From Alphaproteobacteria bacterium (GTDB lineage Bacteria > Pseudomonadota > Alphaproteobacteria > UBA828), in assembly GCA_963667785.2 (NCBI GenBank), contig CAXXMU010000005.1:32001-96000 (forward strand): a DNA stretch of 64,000 nucleotides. The letters are read 5' to 3'. Positions 37,578-47,106 of this stretch are shown one piece after another; positions within the stretch are counted from its first letter, which is position 1; each line of letters opens with the position of its first letter. The notes beneath the pieces are model-generated. The model was not told where the DNA came from. It made no database searches and worked only from the letters and a program-made list of their open reading frames with translations. The position numbers were made by a program, and so were the translations under genes.

Positions 37578-38801
37578 TCACGGGCCGAGCAGCTCGGCCG
37601 GCGGGCGCCGGAAGGTCATGCGCCCGCGCTTGAAGCCGTAGAGCGGCTGGGCGATGGCGGCCACCGCCTCCGCCGCGTCAGCCGCATCGAGAACCACGAG
37701 GTCGGCCGCCTTGCCTCGGGCGATGCCGTAATCGTCGAGGCCGAGGATGCGGGCGGAGCGGCGCGTGATCATCTCGAAGCAGTCGAGCATCTCCGAGCGC
37801 GCGCCCACGTGGCCGACATTGGCGTAGAGGTTCGCCATCCGCACCAGCGAGCAGTCGCCGAAGGGCGTGAACGGGTTGAGGATGTTGTTGGAGGACAGCG
37901 AGCAGTTGACGCCGTGGCCGAGCATCCGGTGCGCGGGCGTGACGCCGCGCCGCACGTTGGCCTCGTCGCCGCGCCCCATGAGGAAGAGGTCGGTCGCCGG
38001 CAGCACCGTGCAGGCGACGCCGGCATCCGCCATGCGGTCCGCGACCCGCGCCAGGTGCTCCGGGTCTGCGGCCGAGAGCTTGGTGACGTGGCCGACCGTG
38101 ACCCGCCCACCCCAGCCGAAACGCTCGGCGAGCCGGCAGACCTGATCGAGGTCGAGCGCATCCGCGCTCTCGCCGAAGTCGAGATGCATGTCGATATCGA
38201 CGTCGAAGCGCCGGGCGAGCGCGAAGACGCGGTCGATCTGTCCGGCGGGATCGCTGTCGGTGTAGGGGGCGGCGCCGACGACGCGGGCGCCGCGCTCCAG
38301 CGCGTCCACCATGAGCTCGTCGGTGCCCGGGTTGTTGAGCAGCCCTTCCTGCGGGAAGACGCAGATCTCCAGGTCGATCGCCCAGCGATAGGCGTCGATC
38401 AGCGGCAGCACGCCCTCGAAGCCGCGCATGCCGATGCCGGGATCGACCTCCAGATGGGTGCGCATGTGGGTGGTGCCCTGGGCGATGCAGGCATCGAGCA
38501 CGCGGCGTGCGCGCGCGTTCACGTCGGCGGCGGTGAACTCCCGCTTCACCCGTGCCACCTCGTCGATCGCCTCGGCGAGATCGCCGGTCTCCGCGCGGCA
38601 GCGGTCCAGGATGCAGGCCTTGTCGAGGTGGATGTGGGTCTCGATGAAGCCGGGCGCCACCAGGCGGCCATCGAGATCGAGCGCCGGCGCGTCCGCCTCG
38701 ATCTCCGGCGCGATCTCCGCGATGCGGCCGTCCGCGATGCCGATGTCGAGCCTGGTGCCGTCGCCGCCGGCGACGACCGCGCCGCGCAGGATCAGGTCCA
38801 C
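37578..38801 (-). CDS. amidohydrolase of the cytosine-deaminase (CodA/AtzC) fold with atypical active-site residues
   Basis: PGFIETHIHLDK, GTTHMRTH, FPQEG, DMHLDF, GHVT, SSNNILNPF, GKAADLV. Confidence 0.85.
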   Translation of the reverse strand: MDLILRGAVVAGGDGTRLDIGIADGRIAEIAPEIEADAPALDLDGRLVAPGFIETHIHLDKACILDRCRAETGDLAEAIDEVARVKREFTAADVNARARRVLDACIAQGTTHMRTHLEVDPGIGMRGFEGVLPLIDAYRWAIDLEICVFPQEGLLNNPGTDELMVDALERGARVVGAAPYTDSDPAGQIDRVFALARRFDVDIDMHLDFGESADALDLDQVCRLAERFGWGGRVTVGHVTKLSAADPEHLARVADRMADAGVACTVLPATDLFLMGRGDEANVRRGVTPAHRMLGHGVNCSLSSNNILNPFTPFGDCSLVRMANLYANVGHVGARSEMLDCFEMITRRSARILGLDDYGIARGKAADLVVLDAADAAEAVAAIAQPLYGFKRGRMTFRRPPAELLGP

Positions 38802-38840
38802 CGTTCGGCTCTCTCCCGCGTGCCCCCGTGCCCGCGCGCC

Positions 38841-40553
38841 TCAGCGCAGCATGTAGCGCTGGGCGAGGGGCAGAGTCTCGGCCGGCTCGCAGGTCGCGAG
38901 CTCGCCGTCCACCGTCACCTCGAAGGTCTCGGGATCGACCGCCACCTCGGGGCAGGCGCCGTTGTGCAGCATGTGGCCCTTGGCGAGCTTGCGCGTGCCC
39001 TGCACCGGCGCGGTGCGGCTCTCCAGCCCGAGCCTGCCGGCGATGTCGGCGTCGGCGGCCGCCTGCGAGACGAAGCTCAGGCTCAGCGCCTCCTTGGCCC
39101 GGCCGAAGGCGCCCCACTGGGGGCGCATGAGCAGCGGCTCGCAGGTCATCAGCGAGGCGGCGCTGTCGCCCATCGCCGACCACACGATGAAGCCGCCCTT
39201 GATGACCAGCTCCGGCTTGATGCCGAAGAAGGCCGGACGCCAGAGCACCACGTCGGCGAGCTTGCCCGCCTCGAGGCTGCCGACGTGGCGGTCGATGCCG
39301 AAGGTGCGGGCGGCGTTGATGGTGTATTTCGCGATGTAGCGCTTGATGCGCTCGTTGTCGCCCTTCGCGCTCCGCTCCGAGGCGAGCCGGCCGCGCTGGC
39401 CGCGCATCTTCGACGCGAGCTGCCAGGTGCGGCAGATCACCTCGTTGATCCGCCCCATGCCCTGGCTGTCCGAGCCCAGCATCGAGATCGCGCCGATGTC
39501 GTGCAGCACGTCTTCCGCCGCGATGGTCTGCGCGCGGATCCTGCTCTCGGCGAAGGCCACGTCCTCCGGCACCGCCGGGTTCAGGTGGTGGCAGACCATG
39601 ATCATGTCGAGATGCTCGTCGAAGGTGTTGCGCGTGTAAGGGTTGGTGGGGTTGGTCGAGGACGGCAGGCAGTTGGGCTCGCCGGTGATGCGGATGATGT
39701 CGGGCGCATGCCCGCCGCCCGCCCCTTCGGCGTGGTACATGTGGATGGTGCGGCCCCTGATGGCGGCCAGCGTCTCCTCCAGGAAGCCGCTCTCGTTCAG
39801 CGTGTCGGTATGGAGCTGGACCTGGAAGTCCATCTCGTCGGCGACGCCGAGGCAGCAGTCGATCGCCGCCGGCATGGCGCCCCAGTCCTCGTGGATCTTG
39901 AGCCCCATGCAGCCGCCGGCGATCTGATCGACGAGCGAGTGGGGCCGGGCCGAGTTGCCGCGCCCGAGGAAGCCGAAGTTGATCGGCCAGGCCTCGGCCG
40001 CCTGCAGCATCTTGCCCACGTTCCAGGCGCCGCCGGAATCGATGCCGACGGTGATCGGCCCGAGCGAGCCGCCCAGCATCGTCGTGATGCCGCTCGAGAT
40101 CGCGTGCTCGCAGAGCTGGGCGCTGTCGAAATGGACGTGGACGTCGATGCCGCCCGGCGTCGCGATCAGCCCCTCCGCATCGCGCACCGTGGTCGCGGCC
40201 CCGCACAGCAGGTCGGGGTCCACGCCGTCCATGACCGCCGGGTTGCCGGCCTTGCCGACGCCGGCGATGAGGCCCTCCTTGATGCCGATGTCGCCCTTGA
40301 CGATGCCGAGCACCGGATCGATGACGACGGCGTTGGAGACCAGCATGTCGAGCGAGCCGCCGGCGCTGTCGAGCCCGGCGACGAGGCCGATGCCGTCGCG
40401 CAGCGTCTTGCCGCCGCCGTGCAGGCACTCCTCCCCCGGCACGCCGTGGTCGTGCTCGATCTCGGCCAAGAGCGCGCTGTCGCCGAGGCGCACGCAGTCG
40501 CCGGTCGTGGGCCCGTAGAGCGCCGCATACTCCGCCCTGCTCATCCGTGCCAT
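38841..40553 (-). CDS. ureC: urease alpha subunit homolog (divergent)
   Basis: [57 protein letters not shown]. Confidence 0.92.
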   Translation of the reverse strand: MARMSRAEYAALYGPTTGDCVRLGDSALLAEIEHDHGVPGEECLHGGGKTLRDGIGLVAGLDSAGGSLDMLVSNAVVIDPVLGIVKGDIGIKEGLIAGVGKAGNPAVMDGVDPDLLCGAATTVRDAEGLIATPGGIDVHVHFDSAQLCEHAISSGITTMLGGSLGPITVGIDSGGAWNVGKMLQAAEAWPINFGFLGRGNSARPHSLVDQIAGGCMGLKIHEDWGAMPAAIDCCLGVADEMDFQVQLHTDTLNESGFLEETLAAIRGRTIHMYHAEGAGGGHAPDIIRITGEPNCLPSSTNPTNPYTRNTFDEHLDMIMVCHHLNPAVPEDVAFAESRIRAQTIAAEDVLHDIGAISMLGSDSQGMGRINEVICRTWQLASKMRGQRGRLASERSAKGDNERIKRYIAKYTINAARTFGIDRHVGSLEAGKLADVVLWRPAFFGIKPELVIKGGFIVWSAMGDSAASLMTCEPLLMRPQWGAFGRAKEALSLSFVSQAAADADIAGRLGLESRTAPVQGTRKLAKGHMLHNGACPEVAVDPETFEVTVDGELATCEPAETLPLAQRYMLR

Positions 40554-40556
40554 CGC

Positions 40557-41252
40557 TCAGGCCCCCTTGAAGCCGCGCGACCGGGCGCGGGCCAGCGCTT
40601 CCTGCTTCACGGCGTCGGACCGCCGCGAGCCCTGGGTGAGGTCGTTGAGCCCCACCATCTCGCCGCTGCCGCCGAACTCGACCAGCGTCACCTCTTTCGT
40701 CTCCCCCGGCGCGAAGCGCACCGCCGTGCCGGCGGGGATGTCGAGGCGCATGCCGAAGGCGGCGGCGCGGTCGAAATCGAGGTGCCGGTTGACCTCGAAG
40801 AAGTGGTAGTGGCTGCCGATCTGCACCGGCCGGTCGCCGGTGTTGGTGACGGCGACCGTGGCGGTGGCCCGGCCGGCGTTGATCTCGATCTCGCCCTCGG
40901 CCGGGATGATCTCGCCGGGGCGCACGCTCTCGTCCCGCGCCTTCGCGCCGGGGCGGATCGGCTCATGCACCGTGACCAGCTTGGTGCCGTCGGGGAAGGT
41001 GCCCTCCACCTGCAGCACCGGCATCATCTCCGCCACCCCCGGCATCACGTCGTCGGTGTTGAGGACGGTGGCGCCGTGCTCGATCAGCTCCGCCACGGAG
41101 CGCCCGTCGCGCGCGCCTTCCAGGATCTCGTCGCTGATCAGCGCCACCGCCTCGGGGTGGTTGAGCGCGCACCCCCGTGCGCGGCGCCGGCGCGCGAGCT
41201 CGGCGGCGGTAAAGATGGTGAGCCGCTCCGTTTCCGTCGGTGTCAGCAGCAT
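40557..41252 (-). CDS. ureAB: fused urease gamma-beta subunit
   Basis: [20 protein letters not shown] (gamma) followed by [17 protein letters not shown] and [12 protein letters not shown] (beta). Confidence 0.93.
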   Translation of the reverse strand: MLLTPTETERLTIFTAAELARRRRARGCALNHPEAVALISDEILEGARDGRSVAELIEHGATVLNTDDVMPGVAEMMPVLQVEGTFPDGTKLVTVHEPIRPGAKARDESVRPGEIIPAEGEIEINAGRATATVAVTNTGDRPVQIGSHYHFFEVNRHLDFDRAAAFGMRLDIPAGTAVRFAPGETKEVTLVEFGGSGEMVGLNDLTQGSRRSDAVKQEALARARSRGFKGA

Positions 41253-41267
41253 CGTGAGCCACCCTGG

Positions 41268-41960
41268 TCAGTTGCTGAAGAGTCGGACCTCCGCACTCTC
41301 GTGGCGGGCCGCGGCGACATCGGCCAGCGGCGCGTAGGCGCGCGCCTCGTGGACGCCGGGCGCGGGCTCCGCCAGCAGCGCCGCCATCCGCGGTCTGAGC
41401 GCTCGCAGCATGATCTGCCCGTCGAGGTGGCCGATCAAGCCGAGCCTGAGGCCCGCGCCCAGGATGGTGGCGCAGAGGCCGTGCAGGCTGACCGCCTCGG
41501 CCCGGGCGAGGCCGAGGCCGGCGCCCTTCAGCACCACCCCCTGCACCACGGCGAGATGGCCGGGCGCGGTGCCGGCGCGGATGCGCGCGCGATAGTCGGC
41601 GGCGCCGGGCGTCTTCATGCGCGCGTGCACGCCGAGCAGCGCAGCCCCCCCCTTGCGCGAGCCCTCGCGGAGCTCCTGCGGCAGGGTCATCGCCTCCTGC
41701 AGGTGGTCGATCTCGGCGACCGCCGGCCAATCCGGGGCAGCCCGCCAGGCGGCGGCGAGGAAGGCGCGCTCGGCGCTCGCCCAGCGCTCGGACACCTGGT
41801 CGGCGAGGAAGGCGTCGAGACCGGCGGCATCGGTCACGATGCCGTCGGCGTGCAGCGTCTCCAGCCCAAGCGAGAACGACACCGCGCCGCTCGGGAAGAA
41901 GCTGTCGCCGAACTGCAGCGCCGCGAGATCGGCGCCCGCGCCGTCTTCCGCCTCGCTCAT
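41268..41960 (-). CDS. ureF: urease accessory protein UreF
   Basis: LQFGDSFFPSGAVSFSLGLE, RLGLIGH..GQ, RHE....RLFSN. Confidence 0.9.
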   Translation of the reverse strand: MSEAEDGAGADLAALQFGDSFFPSGAVSFSLGLETLHADGIVTDAAGLDAFLADQVSERWASAERAFLAAAWRAAPDWPAVAEIDHLQEAMTLPQELREGSRKGGAALLGVHARMKTPGAADYRARIRAGTAPGHLAVVQGVVLKGAGLGLARAEAVSLHGLCATILGAGLRLGLIGHLDGQIMLRALRPRMAALLAEPAPGVHEARAYAPLADVAAARHESAEVRLFSN

Positions 41961-42115
41961 TGCGTTCTCCCGGCCGGGCCAGCGCCTTTCCGGCGCCCGG
42001 CCTGACCCGGCAGGAACCTTACCTGCCGCTCACGCCCGGACGAAAGCCCGTTGTCACGGGCAGCCGCCGCCGTCATGGTCCCTCGGCAAGAACGAGGCCG
42101 GAACGGGAGACAAGC

Positions 42116-43570
42116 ATGGCCGGGGCCGAGCGATACGACGTTCTCTTTGCGGGCGGCACGGTGATCGACGGCACCGGCGCGCCCCGAGCGCGAGCCGATG
42201 TCGCGGTTGCGGGCGATCGCATCGCCGCCGTGGGCCGGCTGGCGGGCGCAGAGGCCGCGCGCACGATCGACGCGAGCGGGCGCATCGTCTCGCCCGGCTT
42301 CATCGACGCCCACACCCACGACGACAACCTGCTGCTGGTCGACCCGGCCATGACGCCGAAGACGAGCCAGGGCGTCACCACGGTGATCGCCGGCAATTGC
42401 GGGGTGAGCCTCGCGCCGCTCGCGCCGGGACGCCCGGTGCCGCCGCCGCTCGACCTTCTGGGCCCACCCGCCGACTTCCGCTATCCGCGCTTCGCCGACT
42501 ACGTGGCGGCGCTGGACGCCACACCGCCGGCCGCCAACGCGGGCCTCCTGGTCGGCCACTCGGCGCTCCGCCTCGACACAATGGACGACGTGGACCGCCC
42601 GGCCACGGCGGGCGAGATCGACGCCATGCGGGAGCGGCTGGCCGACGGCATGGAGGCCGGCGCGCTCGGCTTCAGCACCGGGCTCATCTACGGCCCCAAC
42701 AAGGCGGCCACGACGGACGAGGTGGCGGCTGTCGCCGAGGTAGCCGGCGCCGCCGGCGGCCTCTACGTCACCCACATGCGGAACGAGCACGACGGCGTCG
42801 AGGAGGCGATGGAGGAGGCCTTCGAGATCGGCCGCCGCGCCGGCGCGGGCGTGGTCATCTCGCACCATAAGTGCGCGGGCAGAGGCAACTTCGGACGGAG
42901 CCGCGACACCCTCGCCCGGATCGAGAAGGCGCGGGAGAGCCAGGCGATCGGCCTCGACGTCTACCCCTACACCGCAGGCTCCACCGTGCTGCTGGCGGAG
43001 ATGGTCGAGAAGGCGGAGCGGGTGATTGTCACCTGGTCCGAGCCGCACCCGGAGCACGCGGGCCGCGACCTCGCCGAGGTCGCCGCCGCGCTCGGCCTCG
43101 ACCGGCTCGCGGCCGTCGACGCGCTGAGCCCGGCGGGCGGCATCTACTTCATGATGGACGAGGCGGACGTGCGCCGCATCATCGCCTATCCGCACAGCAT
43201 GATCGGCTCGGACGGCCTGCCCCACGACCGCCACCCCCACCCCAGGCTCTGGGGCACCTTCCCCCGCGTGCTCGGCCACTACGCGCGCGAGCTCGGCCTG
43301 CTGACGCTCGAGGATGCGGTGCGCCGCATGACCGGGCTTCCCGCCGCGCAGTTCGGGCTTACGGGCCGGGGCGAGGTGCGCGCCGGCGCCTATGCCGATC
43401 TCGTGATATTCGATGCCGAAACGATCGCGGACCGGGCGACCTTCGACGATCCCACCCGGCCCGCCGCCGGCATCGACGTCGTCATGGTGAACGGCGCCGT
43501 CGTGCGCGAAGGCGGGCGGGCCACCGGAAAGCGGCCAGGCCGCGCGCTGCGTCGCCGGCCGCCGGCCTGA
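42116..43570 (+). CDS. N-acyl-D-amino-acid deacylase (D-aminoacylase)
   Basis: PGFIDAHTHDD, QGVTTVIAGNCG, THMRNE, ISHHK, DVYPYTA, HPRLWGTFPRVL. Confidence 0.9.
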   Translation: MAGAERYDVLFAGGTVIDGTGAPRARADVAVAGDRIAAVGRLAGAEAARTIDASGRIVSPGFIDAHTHDDNLLLVDPAMTPKTSQGVTTVIAGNCGVSLAPLAPGRPVPPPLDLLGPPADFRYPRFADYVAALDATPPAANAGLLVGHSALRLDTMDDVDRPATAGEIDAMRERLADGMEAGALGFSTGLIYGPNKAATTDEVAAVAEVAGAAGGLYVTHMRNEHDGVEEAMEEAFEIGRRAGAGVVISHHKCAGRGNFGRSRDTLARIEKARESQAIGLDVYPYTAGSTVLLAEMVEKAERVIVTWSEPHPEHAGRDLAEVAAALGLDRLAAVDALSPAGGIYFMMDEADVRRIIAYPHSMIGSDGLPHDRHPHPRLWGTFPRVLGHYARELGLLTLEDAVRRMTGLPAAQFGLTGRGEVRAGAYADLVIFDAETIADRATFDDPTRPAAGIDVVMVNGAVVREGGRATGKRPGRALRRRPPA

Positions 43571-43582
43571 CCCGCCGCCCGC

Positions 43583-44170
43583 TCAGATCGCGTGGCGGCC
43601 GAGCCGGTCGAGAAGCTGCTCCACGCGCCGCTTGACGCCCGGCATGTGGGGGTTGTGGACCAGCGCCCGCTCGAACGCCCCAAGCGCCTCCTCCTCGTTG
43701 CCGAGCGCCAGGTGGCAGAGGCCGAGGCCCGAGAGCGCGCCGAAGTGGCGCGGCTCGCGCTTGAGGGTCTCGTCGATGTCGGCGATGGAGCCCTCGTAGT
43801 CGCGGATCAGGTAGCGCAGCGTCGCCCGGCGGTTCCAGCCTTCCGCGAGGTCCGGCCGGCGCTCGATGACCCCGTTGAGGAGCGCGTAGGAGTGGTTGTA
43901 GCGCCCCGTGGAGAGCGCGATGTCGCCCGCGTGGAGCATCCGGTCGATCTCTTCCGAGCCGCTGTCGAACCAGTGGCCCCAGATGCGCATCTCGATCTCG
44001 CGCACCCGCTCTGGGCTCTGGGCTTCCTTGAGGTCGCGGAAGAGGCCGTCCAGCGCCGGGTCGTTCTGATCCGCCGCCGCCGGGCCGGCGACGCCGAGGG
44101 CGAGCAGCAGCGCGAGCAGGAGAGCAGCCAGCCGTCGCAGTCGCCTCGGGTGCCGGGCGCGGGACACCAT
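43583..44170 (-). CDS. exported TPR protein
   Basis: Signal peptide, AEGWNRRAT, EPRHFGALSGLG. Confidence 0.85.
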   Translation of the reverse strand: MVSRARHPRRLRRLAALLLALLLALGVAGPAAADQNDPALDGLFRDLKEAQSPERVREIEMRIWGHWFDSGSEEIDRMLHAGDIALSTGRYNHSYALLNGVIERRPDLAEGWNRRATLRYLIRDYEGSIADIDETLKREPRHFGALSGLGLCHLALGNEEEALGAFERALVHNPHMPGVKRRVEQLLDRLGRHAI

Positions 44171-44230
44171 GCGCCAGACTAGCCCGGTGGCGCCCTCCGC
44201 GCCAGCGGCCTCTGGCCGCCGGCGGCTGTC

Positions 44231-45433
44231 TTAGCCGGATGCCGCCGGGCGGCGGATGAGCGGCCGGTCGGGGATCGGCCAGTGCAGCACCGCCCCGACC
44301 ACGCCGAGCGCTGCGGCGGTCAGCCACACCGCGTCATAGGAGCCCGTGGTGTCGTACACGTAGCCGCCGAGCCAGGCGCCGAGGAAGGAGCCGAGCTGGT
44401 GGCTGAAGAAGACGATGCCGAAGAGCGCGCCGAGATAGCGCGGCCCGAAGATCTGGGCGATGAGGCCGCTGGTGAGCGGCACGGTGCCGAGCCAGAGCAG
44501 GCCCATCGCCGCGGAGAACACCAGCACGCTCGCCTCGGTCACCGGCGCGGCGAAGAAGCCGCCGATGACCACCGCGCGGCCGAGATAGAAGAGCGAGAGG
44601 ACGTGCTTCTTGCGGTGCCGGTCGCCGAGCCAGCCGGCGGCGAAGGTGCCGACGATGTTGCCGAGGCCGATCACGGCGATCGCCGTCGCCCCCAGCATCG
44701 GCGCGAGCCCCGCGTCGGTGAGGAAGGGCGGCAGGTGGGTAGCGATGAAGTAGACGTGGAAGCCGCAGACGAAGAAGCCGCCGCAGAGCAGCCAGAAGCC
44801 GCTGTGGGCGCGGGCCTCGACCAGCGCCTCGCCGAGGGACTGGGCGCTGCCCTCGGGCGGCGTGTGGCTGCCGCGCAGGCCGATCAGGCAGGGCACCATC
44901 ATCGCCGCGATCCCGCAATAGGCGATGAGCGCCATGGACCAGCCCACGCCGTCGATCAGCGCGCCGCCCACGGGCGCCAGCGCGAACTGCCCGAAGGAGC
45001 CGCCGGCGGCCGCGATGCCGAGCGCCATGCTGCGCTTCTCCGGCGGCACCGCGCGCCCCACCGGGCCGAGAACCACCGCGAAGCCCGTGGCGCTGATACC
45101 GATTCCCACCAGCAGGCCCTGGCCCATGTGCAGCCCGACCGCGCCGTCGGCCCAGGCCATCCAGAGCAGACCGGCGACGTAGATCACGGTCCCCAGCAGG
45201 ACGACGCGGATCGCCCCGTGGCGGTCGGCGAGCGCGCCGAAGACGGGCTGGGTGATCCCCCAGACGATGCCCTGGATCGCGATGGCGAGCGCGAAGGTCT
45301 CGCGCGAGATGCCGAGATCGAGGCTCATCGGCGTGCCGAAGAGGCCGAAGCTGGAGCGCAGCCCGTTGCTGATGGTGAGCACCAGCGCGGCGCCGACGAC
45401 GAGCCCGAAGATCCCCAGGGCGGACCGGCTCAT
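44231..45433 (-). CDS. MFS transporter
   Basis: About 12 TM helices, GALADRHG, GFFVCGFH, SHQLGSFLG. Confidence 0.9.
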   Translation of the reverse strand: MSRSALGIFGLVVGAALVLTISNGLRSSFGLFGTPMSLDLGISRETFALAIAIQGIVWGITQPVFGALADRHGAIRVVLLGTVIYVAGLLWMAWADGAVGLHMGQGLLVGIGISATGFAVVLGPVGRAVPPEKRSMALGIAAAGGSFGQFALAPVGGALIDGVGWSMALIAYCGIAAMMVPCLIGLRGSHTPPEGSAQSLGEALVEARAHSGFWLLCGGFFVCGFHVYFIATHLPPFLTDAGLAPMLGATAIAVIGLGNIVGTFAAGWLGDRHRKKHVLSLFYLGRAVVIGGFFAAPVTEASVLVFSAAMGLLWLGTVPLTSGLIAQIFGPRYLGALFGIVFFSHQLGSFLGAWLGGYVYDTTGSYDAVWLTAAALGVVGAVLHWPIPDRPLIRRPAASG

Positions 45434-45487
45434 GCGCGCAGCTCCGCGGCCGACGGGGCCGGGTATCGGGTGGCTCTCATGGCGGTC

Positions 45488-46792
45488 TCAGCCCTGGCGC
45501 GCGAGCGCCCGCTCCAGGATCGCCGCGGCGCGGTCGATCTCGTCGTCGCTGGTGCAGAAGGGCGGCACGAAGCGGAGCACGTTGCCGTGCTGCCCGCGCA
45601 CGGAGAAGAGGAGTCCGCCCGCGAGGCAGTCGCGGTAGACCGCCTTGGCCTCGTCGGGCGCCGGCTCCTTGGTGGCGCGGTCGCGCACCAGCTCGACGCC
45701 CTGCAGGCAGCCCTTGCCGCGCACCTCGCCGATCATGGGAAAGCGCTGCTGCAGGCTCTCCATCCGCGTCTTCCAGCGCTCGTCAATCGCCCGCGCCCTG
45801 GCCGGCAGGTCCTCCTCCAGAATCTCGTCGATGCTGGCGAGGCCGGCCGTGCACGCGATGGGATCGGACGAATGCGAGTGGCCGAAGGTGAGTCCGCCCG
45901 CGAGCGCGCGCTCGGCGATGGCGTCGGTGGTCACCATGGCGCTGATGGGGAGCCCCCCGCCGAAATGCTTGGACAGTGTCATGATGTCCGGCACCACATC
46001 GTGCTGCTGGTAGGCGTAGAGGGTGCCGAGCTTGCCGAGCCCGGTCTGCGCCTCGTCCAGGATCAGCAGCGCGCCGCGCTGCTCGAGCCCCGCCTTGAGC
46101 GCCTTGAGGTAGCCGGGCGGCATCTCGATCACCCCGCCCGCGCTGATGAGCGGCTCGGCGATGACGGCGGCGAGATCGTTCGGGCACTCGCGGTCGAGCA
46201 GGTCGAAGGCGATGGCGAGCAGCGGCGCCCACCAGTCCTCGCCGTCTGCCCCCACGGGCGAGCGATAGGCGTAGGGCGCGGGGATCGCATGCACGTCCGG
46301 GATCGATGGCCCGTTTCCGGCGGTGGCGGCGGCGAAGCTGATGGCGCGGGTCACGTCGGTATAGCCGTGGAAGCTCAGATGCAGCGCGCCGATGCCGTTC
46401 CGCCCGGTGGCGCGCCGGGCGAAGAGCACCGCCGCCTCGTTGGAATCGGCGCCCGACTGGATGAAGAGCGAGCGGCTGAGCGGCGCATCGAAGGTCTCCG
46501 CGAGCCGCGCGGCGAGGCGGAGCTGGGGCTCGTTGAAATAGACCGAGCTCGCGTGGGTGAGCCTGCCGAGCCCTGCCCGCACCGCCGCGGTGACGCGCGG
46601 GTTGTTGTGGCCGAGCGCGGAGCACATCTGGCCCGAATTGAAGTCGAGATAGGGCGTGCCGTCGGAATCGAAGATCTCGGCGCCGTCGGCACGGACGAAG
46701 ACCGGCCCGTCGGCGGCAGGCACCACGTCCGAGAGAAGCTCGCCCTGGATCAGATGGCGCGCGCCGGCGGCGCGCAGGGCCCCGATGTCCAC
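45488..46792 (-). CDS. class III PLP aminotransferase, 2,2-dialkylglycine decarboxylase-like
   Basis: LDFNSGQMCSALGH, LLILDEAQTGLG, PDIMTLSK, HSSDP. Confidence 0.8.
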   Translation of the reverse strand: MDIGALRAAGARHLIQGELLSDVVPAADGPVFVRADGAEIFDSDGTPYLDFNSGQMCSALGHNNPRVTAAVRAGLGRLTHASSVYFNEPQLRLAARLAETFDAPLSRSLFIQSGADSNEAAVLFARRATGRNGIGALHLSFHGYTDVTRAISFAAATAGNGPSIPDVHAIPAPYAYRSPVGADGEDWWAPLLAIAFDLLDRECPNDLAAVIAEPLISAGGVIEMPPGYLKALKAGLEQRGALLILDEAQTGLGKLGTLYAYQQHDVVPDIMTLSKHFGGGLPISAMVTTDAIAERALAGGLTFGHSHSSDPIACTAGLASIDEILEEDLPARARAIDERWKTRMESLQQRFPMIGEVRGKGCLQGVELVRDRATKEPAPDEAKAVYRDCLAGGLLFSVRGQHGNVLRFVPPFCTSDDEIDRAAAILERALARQG

Positions 46793-46956
46793 CTCGTCCT
46801 CCTATCCGGAATCGACGGGCGCGATCCTAGCCCGTAACCCTCGCCATGGTCACGGCGCCGAGGGGCGGCGGGCACGGCCAGAGCACTTTTCGTTCAGGCA
46901 CGATCGCAGCGAGTTGCCGCGGGTGCCCACTCCTCGTGCGGTGCCGCCCGAGCGTC

Positions 46957-47065
46957 CCCCACCTCACCCCGACCCTCTCCGCCCCCAGGGGCGGAGAGGG
47001 AGAGCAGAGCGTCGCTGCTTGCGTTCCCCCTCCGCCTTTGGGGGAGGGGGACAGGGGGAGGTGGG
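46957..47065. repeat. pair of REP-like palindromes
   Basis: CCCCACCTCACCCCGACCCTCTCCGCCCCCAGGGGCGGAGAGGG and the inverted variant CCCCCTCCGCCTTTGGGGGAGGGGGACAGGGGGAGGTGGG. Confidence 0.75.
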
Positions 47066-47106
47066 AGTCGTTCGGACCGCCGTAAACCCTCTGGTCGGAA
47101 ATTGCC

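Noticed and set aside
36447-42005. 1852-aa plus-strand ORF and other long shadow ORFs (9864-12671 -, 17618-19999 -, 30757-33324 -, 44282-46837 +, 49871-52969 +)
   Set aside because: Antisense or off-frame to well-supported genes; stop codons are rare at this GC content; no recognisable motifs
42030-42110. Guanidine-II or guanidine-III riboswitch suggested by CCGGACGA
   Set aside because: No twin ACGR tetraloop hairpins, and the pseudoknot spacing is far too long for the ykkC-III consensus
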